A DNA stretch of 61,705 nucleotides, taken from Desulfobulbaceae bacterium. Lineage in GTDB: Bacteria; Desulfobacterota; Desulfobulbia; Desulfobulbales; SURF-16. Position 1 is the first letter of the stretch; each line of letters begins with the position of its first letter. The stretch is taken from the NCBI GenBank assembly GCA_003249165.1, contig QKJV01000332.1:1-61705 (forward strand). The letters are read 5' to 3'. The notes below the pieces were generated by a model, which saw only the letters and a list, made by a program, of their open reading frames with translations, ran no database searches and was not told where the DNA came from. The position numbers were made by a program, and so were the translations under genes. Positions 25,556 to 35,020 of this stretch are shown piece by piece.

Positions 25556-26329
25556 ATGAACAATGAATTACAAGTGTTTTCCTATGAAGGAAACGAAATC
25601 AGGACGGTACAACATGACGGCAATCCGTGGTGGGTACTCAAGGATGTTTGCGATGTGTTGGAACTCAGCAATCCCAGCATGATTGCTTACAGATTGGATG
25701 ATGACGAACGGGCTAAGTATTGCTTAGGGCGTCAAGGCGATACCAATATCATTAGTGAAAGCGGTTTGTATAACGTCATACTGCTCTCCCGCAAGCCCGA
25801 AGCCAAAAAGTTCAAACGCTGGGTCACACACGAAGTGCTTCCGACCATCCGCAAGCACGGTGCGTATGTCACTCCCGCCAAACTGGAAGAGATCATGAAT
25901 GACCCCGATGCCTGGATTAAGGTGCTTACAGCCCTTAAGGAGGAACGCTCTGCCAAGGAACGCCTTCAGTTGGAAGCTGCCGAGAACAAGCCAAAAGTCG
26001 TATTCGCTGATGCTGTATCGGTTTCGGATGGCACTATCCTTATCGGGGAGTTGGCGAAAATCATCAAAGGCAACGGTATCGAAATCGGTCAGAACCGACT
26101 TTTTGAGCGGCTGCGCCAGGACGGTTACCTCATCAAACGCAGAGGCACGGATTACAACGCACCGACGCAAAGGGCGATGGAACTCGGATTGTTCAAAGTA
26201 AAGGAAACTGCCATCACTCACTCGGACGGTCATGTTACCATCAGCAAAACAACAAAGGTCACAGGTAAAGGTCAGCAATACTTTATTAACCTGTTCCTTG
26301 GGGAAAGGAGTCATTATGGACAAATATAA
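25556..26329 (+). CDS. Bro-N / KilAC-domain phage antirepressor
   Basis: N-terminus LQVFSYEGNEIRTV..PWWVLKDVCDVLEL (Bro-N). C-terminus LIGELAKII..GQNRLFERLRQDGYL (KilAC). Confidence 0.8.
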   Translation: MNNELQVFSYEGNEIRTVQHDGNPWWVLKDVCDVLELSNPSMIAYRLDDDERAKYCLGRQGDTNIISESGLYNVILLSRKPEAKKFKRWVTHEVLPTIRKHGAYVTPAKLEEIMNDPDAWIKVLTALKEERSAKERLQLEAAENKPKVVFADAVSVSDGTILIGELAKIIKGNGIEIGQNRLFERLRQDGYLIKRRGTDYNAPTQRAMELGLFKVKETAITHSDGHVTISKTTKVTGKGQQYFINLFLGERSHYGQI

Positions 26330-26747
26330 CAGCTCAGGCTACCCAGACCCCACAGCATATGAAGCACTTTCCAACATTGAAAAAGAAGAAAAGGTTACAA
26401 ATCCAAACCCTTATCTCCCGCTCGTTTATATCGCATCCCCCTTTGCGGGAGATATAGAACACAACGCAGAAAATGCACGTTGCTACTGCCGTTTTGCAGT
26501 AAGCAATAGACGCATACCGATAGCTCCGCATTTACTGTACCCGCAGTTTATGGATGATACAGATAAAGAACAGCGTGAACTTGGCATCCGCTTCGGTCTC
26601 ATCCTCCTTGGCAAATGCGATGAGTTATGGGTGTTCGGCGATAAGATCAGCAATGGAATGTCTCGGGAAATTGCAAAGGCAAAAAAGCACGGTATACCAA
26701 TCAGTTATTTCAACAGTAAATGCGAGGTGCAAGAATATGGAGCTTAA
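26316..26747 (+). CDS. DUF4406 / nucleoside 2-deoxyribosyltransferase-like protein
   Basis: ATG 26316 behind GGAAAGGAG. VYIASPFAGD..IAPHLLYPQFMDD..CDELWVFG pattern. Confidence 0.55.
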   Translation: MDKYNSSGYPDPTAYEALSNIEKEEKVTNPNPYLPLVYIASPFAGDIEHNAENARCYCRFAVSNRRIPIAPHLLYPQFMDDTDKEQRELGIRFGLILLGKCDELWVFGDKISNGMSREIAKAKKHGIPISYFNSKCEVQEYGA

Positions 26748-29073
26748 AATCGCCTACGGCGACAGTCGTCTGTCGAAGCGGTGGGTTAATAAGAAAACCA
26801 CTTTTGACGAGTTGTGTGAGCGATTCAGGATTACGCGCCGCACGACCGAAGCGGTTGCCGAATACAAGAAACTGCCGAAGGATCGGCGAGACGGCATAAA
26901 GGACGTTGGCGGCTACGTCCTCGGTCACCTGAAAAGCGGACGCCGTAAAAAGGATACTGTGGAGAGCCGCTCCGGAATAACACTTGATGCGGACCATGCC
27001 GACAGTGAATTCCTCGGTCAGGTGGAAATGCTGTTCCCGCACAAGTGTGCGGTCTATTCCACGCACAGCCACACACCGGAAGCACCGCGTCTGCGTGTGG
27101 TCATTCCGCTTTCCAGAGAGGTCACCCCGGATGAATATTCCGCTCTCTCACGACTGGTTGCTGATGAAATAGGAATGGATTATTTTGATGACAGCACTTA
27201 TGAGCCGGAGCGCCTGATGTACTGGCCGTCCACCCCCTCTAATGGCGAATATGTTTATAAAATAATTAACGGTGGGGTCCTTAATCCCGATGATTACCTT
27301 TCAAAGTTATCCGACTGGCGTGACTGCTCACTCTGGCCGACATCCAGCCGCCAATCTGAAGTTATACAGAGAAATATCCGTCAGCAGCAAGACCCTACTG
27401 CAAAGGAAGGTGTTGTTGGGGCTTTCTGCCGTGCTTACAGTATCGAGGACGTTATTGCAACCTTTCTGCCCGATATTTATGAACCTTCAGCAATGGTAGG
27501 CCGTTACGATTATATCCCAGCAGACAGTTCCGCAGGTGTGGTAATCTACGACACCAAATGGGCATATTCCCACCACGCCACCGACCCTGCCTGCGGAAAA
27601 CTTCTGAACGCTTTTGACCTTGTTCGTGTTCATAAATTCACCGACCTTGATGAAAAAACAGGCTTTAAAGCGATGAGCGAGTTTGCCGTTGCTGATGAAC
27701 GGGTTAAAGCGCAGTTTGCCGAAGAACGTAAAACACAGGCCAGCGCCGACTTTTCTGATGAATCTGACTGGCAGACATATCTTGAACTTGACAAAGCGGG
27801 AGCAGTAAAGGACACATTTGGAAATTTTCTGCTGATCCTAAACCACGACCCCACACTTTCAAATATTGCGTTCAATCAGATGCGTGATGGTGTGGATGCA
27901 AGGGGTGAATTACCTTGGAAACGCGTTAAGCCCGGCTGGGGTGAAACCGATGGTGCAAAGCTATATGAATATTTGCAGAATAGCTACGGCATTTATTCCC
28001 CGACCAAAGCAAACCATGCAGTGCTTGCAGCGGCTGCGAAACGAATCTATCACCCTATACGGGAATATCTGAACAATTTGCCGTCATGGGATGGTGTTTC
28101 CAGGGTGGAATCTCTTATCATTGATTATTTCGGTGCCCAGGATAACGCTTACGTTCGCGCTGTTACCCGCAAGACCTTTGCGGCAGCGGTAGCCCGTGTT
28201 TTCCAACCGGGCATCAAGTTCGATTATATGCTTGTCCTCAACGGCAGGACAGGACTTGGTAAGTCGACATTTTTCGACAAGTTGGCAGGCGAATGGTTCT
28301 CTGATAGCCTAACCTTTGCGGATATGGGCAAAGGCAAGGATGCCCCTGAAAAGATACAGGGCTTTTGGATTCTTGAAATTCCAGAGTTGGCCGGGATACG
28401 CAAGACGGATGTGAATAATGTTAAGGCTTTCCTTTCAAGACGTGATGATAATTACCGTGCCAGTTACGGGCATAACAGTGAGAGTCATCCGCGACAATGC
28501 ATCATTGTTGGTAGCACTAACTCCGAGTCGATGGGTTTTCTCCGTGATGTTACCGGAAACCGCCGTTTCTGGCCTATCAGGGTTGGCGGCACAGAAGCCC
28601 GTAAGGGTTGGGACGTAACCGACGCCGATGTCCTCCAAATATGGGCCGAGGCAAAGTCTATCTGGGAAAAAGGTGAAAAGCTGTTCCTTGAAGGCGATGT
28701 TGCAGAACTTGCCGAATCCGCTCAGAAGGAAGCATTAGAGAGCGATGAGCGTGAAGGAATGGTGCGTGAGTATCTTGATACCCTACTCCCCGAAAACTGG
28801 GAGAGCTTTGACATCTATCGCCGTCAGGAGTTTTTCCGTGCTGCTGACGACCCGACGCAACCAAAAGGTACGATTCGCCGTGACACCGTATGCAACATGG
28901 AAATCTGGTGTGAGTGTTTCGGCAGACCTCGTGAGGGTTTTGAACGCTCGGAAGCTTACAAAATCATTGCCATTATGGAGAAAATCGGCGGTTGGGAACG
29001 CGCTGAAAAGAAACGCAGGATGGGCTTTTACGGCATCGTACCATATTGGGTGCGCGTTCAAGGCAAGCAGTAA
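26737..29073 (+). CDS. VirE-family primase/helicase-like replication protein
   Basis: ATG 26737. 778 aa. P-loop LNGRTGLGKST. Sits in the position usual for this replication module. Confidence 0.75.
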   Translation: MELKIAYGDSRLSKRWVNKKTTFDELCERFRITRRTTEAVAEYKKLPKDRRDGIKDVGGYVLGHLKSGRRKKDTVESRSGITLDADHADSEFLGQVEMLFPHKCAVYSTHSHTPEAPRLRVVIPLSREVTPDEYSALSRLVADEIGMDYFDDSTYEPERLMYWPSTPSNGEYVYKIINGGVLNPDDYLSKLSDWRDCSLWPTSSRQSEVIQRNIRQQQDPTAKEGVVGAFCRAYSIEDVIATFLPDIYEPSAMVGRYDYIPADSSAGVVIYDTKWAYSHHATDPACGKLLNAFDLVRVHKFTDLDEKTGFKAMSEFAVADERVKAQFAEERKTQASADFSDESDWQTYLELDKAGAVKDTFGNFLLILNHDPTLSNIAFNQMRDGVDARGELPWKRVKPGWGETDGAKLYEYLQNSYGIYSPTKANHAVLAAAAKRIYHPIREYLNNLPSWDGVSRVESLIIDYFGAQDNAYVRAVTRKTFAAAVARVFQPGIKFDYMLVLNGRTGLGKSTFFDKLAGEWFSDSLTFADMGKGKDAPEKIQGFWILEIPELAGIRKTDVNNVKAFLSRRDDNYRASYGHNSESHPRQCIIVGSTNSESMGFLRDVTGNRRFWPIRVGGTEARKGWDVTDADVLQIWAEAKSIWEKGEKLFLEGDVAELAESAQKEALESDEREGMVREYLDTLLPENWESFDIYRRQEFFRAADDPTQPKGTIRRDTVCNMEIWCECFGRPREGFERSEAYKIIAIMEKIGGWERAEKKRRMGFYGIVPYWVRVQGKQ

Positions 29074-29076
29074 GGC

Positions 29077-29219
29077 CTGTTGCCGTGTTGCCGTTGTTGC
29101 TGTAAGCAATATACGACTTGTGGATAAAAAACACTACCTATTATATAGCACTACAACAAGCGAGAATGTGTGCGCGCGTATATAAGCAAACATAGCAACT
29201 TCGGCAACAACGGCAACAG
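29077..29219. repeat. imperfect ~26-bp inverted repeat flanking ~90 bp of AT-rich DNA
   Basis: ctgttgccgtgttgccgttgttgctg (29077-29102) versus tagcaacttcggcaacaacggcaacag (29193-29219). Confidence 0.6.
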
Positions 29220-29277
29220 ACACGATAACGTAAAAACAGGGCGAACGCCTTAAATGCTGTATTTATAGGAGGGACTT

Positions 29278-29559
29278 ATGCGAGAAAAGTCATTAGAACG
29301 AAAACTTGTTCAGGCAGTAAAGACGATCGGAGGTATCGCACCGAAGTTCGTAAGCCCCGGTTATGATGGAATACCCGACCGTCTCGTACTTTTACCGTTG
29401 GGGAAAATCGCCTTTGTGGAAGTCAAGCGAAATGGTGAGAAACCCCGCCCCTTGCAGGAGGCACGGCATGGAGTGTTGCGGCGGTTGGGATTTCGCGTGT
29501 ACATCTTGGATGAATGTGATCAGATCGGGAGGATACTTAATGAAATACAATCCACATAA
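29278..29559 (+). CDS. VRR-NUC domain nuclease
   Basis: 93 aa. GIPDRLVLLP..IAFVEVKRNGEKP matches the D..E-x-K core of VRR-NUC. Confidence 0.8.
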   Translation: MREKSLERKLVQAVKTIGGIAPKFVSPGYDGIPDRLVLLPLGKIAFVEVKRNGEKPRPLQEARHGVLRRLGFRVYILDECDQIGRILNEIQST

Positions 29560-30904
29560 TTATCAACAATATGCCGCGGAGTTTATCGAGGTGAACACCA
29601 TATCCTGCCTCCTGCTTGACATGGGACTTGGCAAGACATCGATAACTTTGACCGCCTTGAACGACTTGCTGTTTGATAGTTTCCAGGCACACAGGGTTCT
29701 GGTAATCGCACCACTTAGGGTGGCCAGAGATACATGGCCCGAAGAACTCGTTAAATGGGATCACCTCAACGGACTCCGGTTTTCGGTAGCAGTCGGTACA
29801 GAATCGGAACGCAAAACCGCCCTACAAAAACAAGTAGACATTTATATTATCAACCGTGAAAATGTCCAATGGCTTGTGGAACACAGCGGTTTACCATTTG
29901 ATTATGACACAGTGGTAGTCGACGAACTTTCATCGTTTAAGAGCCACCAATCAAAGCGGTTCAGAACTTTAATGAAAGTGCGTCCCCGCGTAAGTAGGAT
30001 TATAGGTCTGACCGGCACACCTACAGGTAATGGTCTGATGGATTTATGGGCGGAGTTTCGGCTTTTGGATATGGGCAAACGGCTCGGACGGTTCATCGGA
30101 CAGTATCGTAACGACTACTTCACCCCGGACAAACGAAACGGGCAGGTTATTTTCAGCTATAAACCCCTACCGGATGCAGAAAGACGGATTTACGACAGAA
30201 TTTCGGATATTACAATTTCTATGAAATCAAGAGACCACCTGAAAATGCCTGAACTGGTCAGTGCGGAATATGCGGTTAAATTATCCATACCGGAGCGCAA
30301 GCGGTATGACGAACTGAAACACGACCTGGTGCTTCAGTTGCCGGATGGTGATATCACCGCTGCCAATGCCGCAGCCCTGTGCGGGAAGCTATGCCAAATG
30401 GCAAATGGCGCCGTTTACTCGGATAACAATGAAATTATCGGGATTCACGACCGCAAGTTGGATGCTTTGGAAGATTTGATTGAATCCGCAAACGACAAGC
30501 CCGTCCTTGTTGCCTACTGGTTTCGGCATGATCTTGAGCGGATTTCCGAACGACTTCATAAACTGCATATCCCTTTTTCACGCCTGGACACTACAGAGAG
30601 CATCAAGCGCTGGAACAACGGTGAATTATCGGTCGCCCTCATCCACCCCGCTTCAGCAGGTCATGGATTGAATCTTCAAAGTGGTGGCTCCATTCTTATT
30701 TGGTTCGGTCTTACCTGGAGTCTTGAACTTTATCAGCAGACCGTAGCCAGATTGTGGCGGCAAGGTCAAGCATCAGAAACCGTGGTTATTCAGCATATTA
30801 CCGTTAAAGAAACGGTTGATGAGCGTATATTAAAATCATTGAAAGAAAAAGACAATACCCAGACAGCTTTAATCGATGCAGTTAGGGCAAATCTGAAAAT
30901 CTGA
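29540..30904 (+). CDS. SNF2-family helicase
   Basis: ATG 29540. Motif I DMGLGKT, motif II VVDELSSFK, helicase-C segment ASAGHGLNLQ. Confidence 0.85.
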   Translation: MKYNPHNYQQYAAEFIEVNTISCLLLDMGLGKTSITLTALNDLLFDSFQAHRVLVIAPLRVARDTWPEELVKWDHLNGLRFSVAVGTESERKTALQKQVDIYIINRENVQWLVEHSGLPFDYDTVVVDELSSFKSHQSKRFRTLMKVRPRVSRIIGLTGTPTGNGLMDLWAEFRLLDMGKRLGRFIGQYRNDYFTPDKRNGQVIFSYKPLPDAERRIYDRISDITISMKSRDHLKMPELVSAEYAVKLSIPERKRYDELKHDLVLQLPDGDITAANAAALCGKLCQMANGAVYSDNNEIIGIHDRKLDALEDLIESANDKPVLVAYWFRHDLERISERLHKLHIPFSRLDTTESIKRWNNGELSVALIHPASAGHGLNLQSGGSILIWFGLTWSLELYQQTVARLWRQGQASETVVIQHITVKETVDERILKSLKEKDNTQTALIDAVRANLKI

Positions 30905-30963
30905 GAAAAACAACGACAATCAATGCCAATCCGAGGGAAATTCATTTTTTCGGAGGGCAGATT

Positions 30964-31398
30964 ATGAATAAACTACAGTTATCGGCAAAGGACTTTCTGT
31001 CTCAAGCCTATCGTATCGACCAACGTATTGACAGCAAGATTGAGCAGGTCTCTTCCCTGCACGACTTGGCTGCAAAAGCGACATCCACACTCAGCGATGT
31101 TCCACCGAGCGGAACAAGAAACATCCACCGAATGGAAGATATCATTTGCAAAATTGTTGATTTAGAAGCGGAAATCAATACAGATATCTGCAACCTTGTT
31201 GACTTGAAGCGTGAAATCATTGAGGTTATCAAATCCGTTTCCAACACTGAATACCAGACAATCCTGGAACTTCGTTATTTGTGCTTTAAAACATGGGAGC
31301 AGATTGCTGTAGATATGTGCTACAGCATCCACCATCTTTATAAGATGCACAACGCTGCGCTGGATGTTTGCAACTGGCTTATGAATCATGATACCTAA
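30964..31398 (+). CDS. sigma-like / DUF1492-type late transcriptional regulator
   Basis: 144 aa. C-terminal EYQTILELRYLCFKTWEQIAVDMCYSIHHLYKMHNAAL resembles a region-4 HTH. Located just before the packaging genes. Confidence 0.55.
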   Translation: MNKLQLSAKDFLSQAYRIDQRIDSKIEQVSSLHDLAAKATSTLSDVPPSGTRNIHRMEDIICKIVDLEAEINTDICNLVDLKREIIEVIKSVSNTEYQTILELRYLCFKTWEQIAVDMCYSIHHLYKMHNAALDVCNWLMNHDT

Positions 31399-31516
31399 AG
31401 ACATAGAATGATACCCGCGCCTCATGATAGTATTAAAATGCCAGGAAAGAATGGTTGAAGCCTTCACGGGAGAAATCCCGCGGGGGCTTTTCTTATGCCC
31501 CGAAGGAGGTGAACCG

Positions 31517-31888
31517 ATGCCCCACAAACCCAAGCGTCCCTGTGCTTACCCCGGCTGCGGTCGGCTTGCTGTGCGTGAGCAATACTGTGCCGAGCATCAG
31601 AAGACTGTGAACAGAAACTACAACAAGTACGAACGAGACCCCGTGTCCAACAAACGCTACGGTCGTTCTTGGAAACGAATACGAGACAGGTACATCAAGG
31701 CGCACCCTTTGTGTGAAGAGTGTCAGAAGCAAGGTTTGCTTACCCCAGCCGAGGAAGTTCACCATGTCCTCCCGCTCTCAAAGGGCGGTGGCAACGAAGC
31801 GAGTAACCTCATGGCTTTGTGTAAGTCATGTCACTCACGCATCACAGCTGAGAGCGGTGACCGATGGCATGGTATCGAAAGAGGTTAG
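31517..31888 (+). CDS. HNH endonuclease
   Basis: ATG 31517 behind GGAGG. CEEC..EVHHVLPLSKGG..NLMALCKSCHSRIT. Confidence 0.85.
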   Translation: MPHKPKRPCAYPGCGRLAVREQYCAEHQKTVNRNYNKYERDPVSNKRYGRSWKRIRDRYIKAHPLCEECQKQGLLTPAEEVHHVLPLSKGGGNEASNLMALCKSCHSRITAESGDRWHGIERG

Positions 31889-32069
31889 GGCTAAAATGTT
31901 GCCCTGACCACCTTAAAAAGATGTTCGACCCAAATTGTAGGCCTAACCTCCCCGTGGGGGCGGTAAAATCTCTAAAACTAATTTTTACGGACAGCGGCCT
32001 GGGGCTTCGTGTTGAAAAACGCGGTTTCAAACGGGGTAATAGCCCCAAATCGAAAGTGAGGTGTGATTA

Positions 32070-32621
32070 TTGGCAAAGGACGGTACAAACAGAGGCGGCG
32101 CCCGAGTCGGTGCGGGAGCCAAAAAGAAAGCAATCGCCGACAAAATCGCCGAAGGCAATCCCGGCGGCAGGAAGTTGACGGTTATGGAGTTTTCGGATAC
32201 CGCAGATTTGCATGGTCAGGTGATGCCCGAACCAAACAAAATGCTTGAAGCCGTGCAAAAGGACGGAAAGACGCTCGTTGCGAGTGAAATTTATAAGTCC
32301 ACATGGCAGTGGCTCAACAAGCGTGGTTGTGCCGCTCTCGTATCACCTCAGCTACTGGAATGCTACGCAATGAGCGTGGCCCGATGGATTCAGTGTGAAG
32401 AAGCGGTAACCGAATATGGTTTTCTTGCGAAGCACCCAACCACCGGAAATGCAATCCAAAGCCCGTATGTTGCAATGGGCCAAAACTACATGAACCAAAC
32501 CAATCGCCTGTGGTTTGAGATTTTCCAGATAGTCAAGGAAAACTGTACCGGAGATTACAAGGGTGCAAACCCACAGGACGATGTTATGGAGCGGCTTCTG
32601 ACCGCCCGGAAAGGAAAATAA
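32070..32621 (+). CDS. terminase small subunit (P27 family)
   Basis: 183 aa, TTG start behind GTGAGGTG. Family-like LPEP..W..L..YC segments. Follows the HNH gene. Confidence 0.75.
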   Translation: MAKDGTNRGGARVGAGAKKKAIADKIAEGNPGGRKLTVMEFSDTADLHGQVMPEPNKMLEAVQKDGKTLVASEIYKSTWQWLNKRGCAALVSPQLLECYAMSVARWIQCEEAVTEYGFLAKHPTTGNAIQSPYVAMGQNYMNQTNRLWFEIFQIVKENCTGDYKGANPQDDVMERLLTARKGK

Positions 32622-32625
32622 CCAT

Positions 32626-33804
32626 ATGACTACTTACAAAACAGCTGAAAGTGTATGCATGGGTCACCCGGATAAACTATGCGACCTCATTGCAGACAGC
32701 ATTCTGGACTCCTGCCTTCGGAAGGATAAAGCATCCCGTGTGGCCTGCGAGGTCATGACAACCAAAGGCAAAATTATCGTAGCGGGCGAAATCACCTGCA
32801 GCGAAAAAGTAGACATTCGCTATATCGTACGGAATGTCTTGCGTGAGGTCGGATACAATCCGTGGAAATTCACGATATTTATATTCGTTCATCATCAAAG
32901 TAAGGACATCGCCGCCGGAGTGGATACCGCACTCGAAGCAAGAAACGGTAACTATGAACCTTACGGCTCTGTCGGTGCCGGTGACCAAGGTACAATGTAC
33001 GGCTATGCAACGGACGAGACCCGTGAGAAGCTGCCGCTCCCTCTTGTATTGTCGCATCGTATCGTGAAGCGCATTGACGACTGCCGCAGAGGAAAACTCA
33101 TCAAAGGCATTCGACCGGACGGCAAGGCACAGGTAACCTTGGAATATCAGGACGGAAAACCAAAACGAATAAAAACCATTGTGGTTTCTGTTCAGCATGA
33201 TAAGGACAAGTCACAGGAAGAACTCCGCGTGGATATTCTGAACAATGTATTGTGGCAGTGCTTTGAAGATTTACCGTTTGATGACGACACCGAATTGCTC
33301 ATCAATCCGTCCGGCAGATTTGTCGAGGGTGGTCCCGCAGCGGATACGGGATTGACGGGTCGTAAAATCATGGTGGATACCTATGGAGGGCTTGCCTCTC
33401 ACGGTGGAGGAGCGCTTTGCGGAAAAGACCCGACCAAAGTTGACCGGAGCGGTGCCTATATGGCACGGTACATTGCAAAGAACATCGTATGGAGCGGTCT
33501 TGCAGATAAATGCGAGGTCGCTCTTTCATATGCCATCGGCAAAGCAAATCCGGTGGCGGTGGATGTAAATTCATTTGGCACAAGCAAACTCACTGATGAG
33601 CAGCTTGCGATTATTGTACAAGAAGTGTTTAACCTTCGTCCCGCGGCGATCATTGAAAAGCTGCGACTGCGAAACGCAATTTACTCTGACACGGCGGTTT
33701 ACGGGCATTTCAATTCCTGCCTGTTTCCCTGGGAGGATGTCAATATGTATACAAACTTACGAAAGGCGGCGGAAAAGTATGCAGATAGAAAAACTGAAGA
33801 CTGA
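32626..33804 (+). CDS. metK: S-adenosylmethionine synthetase
   Basis: 392 aa. GHPDK, GAGDQGTMYGYA, GGGALCGKDPTKVDRSGAY (compare GGGAFSGKD). Full-length MetK architecture. Confidence 0.9.
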   Translation: MTTYKTAESVCMGHPDKLCDLIADSILDSCLRKDKASRVACEVMTTKGKIIVAGEITCSEKVDIRYIVRNVLREVGYNPWKFTIFIFVHHQSKDIAAGVDTALEARNGNYEPYGSVGAGDQGTMYGYATDETREKLPLPLVLSHRIVKRIDDCRRGKLIKGIRPDGKAQVTLEYQDGKPKRIKTIVVSVQHDKDKSQEELRVDILNNVLWQCFEDLPFDDDTELLINPSGRFVEGGPAADTGLTGRKIMVDTYGGLASHGGGALCGKDPTKVDRSGAYMARYIAKNIVWSGLADKCEVALSYAIGKANPVAVDVNSFGTSKLTDEQLAIIVQEVFNLRPAAIIEKLRLRNAIYSDTAVYGHFNSCLFPWEDVNMYTNLRKAAEKYADRKTED

Positions 33805-35020
33805 ACTGTTGCTCCCCGCTGACTACAATCCCAGGAAGAACCTCAAGCCGGGAGATGCCGAATATGAAAAGTTGAAACGCTCCATTGAGCAATTCGGCTA
33901 TGTCGAGCCTGTTATCTGGAACAAGACCACAGGTAGAGTTGTCGGTGGTCACCAACGTTTGAAAGTGCTGCTTGATTTAGGGCTGACCGAAGTGGAATGC
34001 GTTGTCATTGAAATGGATGAGGAAAAAGAAAAAGCCCTCAACATCGCACTTAATAAAATCAGTGGCGATTGGGATAAGGATAAACTTGCTCTTTTAATCG
34101 CTGATTTGCAAGGCGCGGACTTTGACGTTTCGCTTACAGGATTTGAGCCTGCCGAGCTGGACGCACTGTTCAAGGATTCGCTCAAGGATGGCGTACATGA
34201 CGATGACTTCGACGTGGAAGCCGAATTGCAGAAACCTGCCGTCACCAAACCCGGCGATGTTTGGAGTCTCGGACGACACAGACTGGTCTGCGGCGATTCC
34301 ACCAAGGCTGACACCTTTGCCGTTCTCATGGATGGAAAGCTCGCAAACCTTGTGGTAACCGATCCCCCGTACAACGTCAACTATGAAGGTTCGGCGGGCA
34401 AAATCAAAAATGACAACATGGCACATGAAGCATTCTATGACTTCCTGCTTGCTGCGTTTACAAATACCGAATCAGCAATGGCACAGGATGCTTCTATTTA
34501 TGTATTCCACGCCGATACCGAAGGACTCAATTTCCGGAAAGCATTTGCAGAGGCTGGCTTTTATCTTTCCGGCACCTGCATCTGGAAAAAGCAGTCGCTT
34601 GTTCTCGGTCGTTCCCCTTATCAATGGCAGCATGAACCTGTACTATTCGGCTGGAAGAAATCCGGCAAGCACAACTGGTATGCCGACCGCAAGCAGACTA
34701 CCATATGGGAATTTGAGAAGCCGAAGAAAAACGGCGATCACCCCACCATGAAACCCGTGGCACTGGTAGCGCATCCGATTCTCAACTCAAGTTTAACTAA
34801 TTGTATCGTGCTTGACCCGTTCGGAGGTTCGGGCAGTACGCTTATTGCGTGTGAGCAAACGAATAGAATCTGCCACACGATTGAGCTTGACGAAAAGTAT
34901 TGCGACGTCATTGTGAAACGCTTTATTGAACAAGCCGGGAATACCGACGGTGTATTTCTGCTGAGAGATGGTGTTCAATATCGGCGTCAAGATGTACCGG
35001 GGGTGACTGAAAATGAATAA
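33779..35020 (+). CDS. ParB-like nuclease domain fused to an N6/N4 DNA methyltransferase
   Basis: Start moved to the in-frame ATG 33779 (MQIEKLK..). ParB-like GGHQRLKVL. Motif IV TDPPY. Motif I DPFGGSGST. Confidence 0.85.
   Translation: MQIEKLKTELLLPADYNPRKNLKPGDAEYEKLKRSIEQFGYVEPVIWNKTTGRVVGGHQRLKVLLDLGLTEVECVVIEMDEEKEKALNIALNKISGDWDKDKLALLIADLQGADFDVSLTGFEPAELDALFKDSLKDGVHDDDFDVEAELQKPAVTKPGDVWSLGRHRLVCGDSTKADTFAVLMDGKLANLVVTDPPYNVNYEGSAGKIKNDNMAHEAFYDFLLAAFTNTESAMAQDASIYVFHADTEGLNFRKAFAEAGFYLSGTCIWKKQSLVLGRSPYQWQHEPVLFGWKKSGKHNWYADRKQTTIWEFEKPKKNGDHPTMKPVALVAHPILNSSLTNCIVLDPFGGSGSTLIACEQTNRICHTIELDEKYCDVIVKRFIEQAGNTDGVFLLRDGVQYRRQDVPGVTENE

Noticed and set aside
33575-33778. Long N-terminal extension of the ParB-methyltransferase ORF overlapping metK
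   Set aside because: The extension lies inside metK in another frame and is low-complexity. The in-frame ATG at 33779 starts a typical ParB-domain N-terminus.
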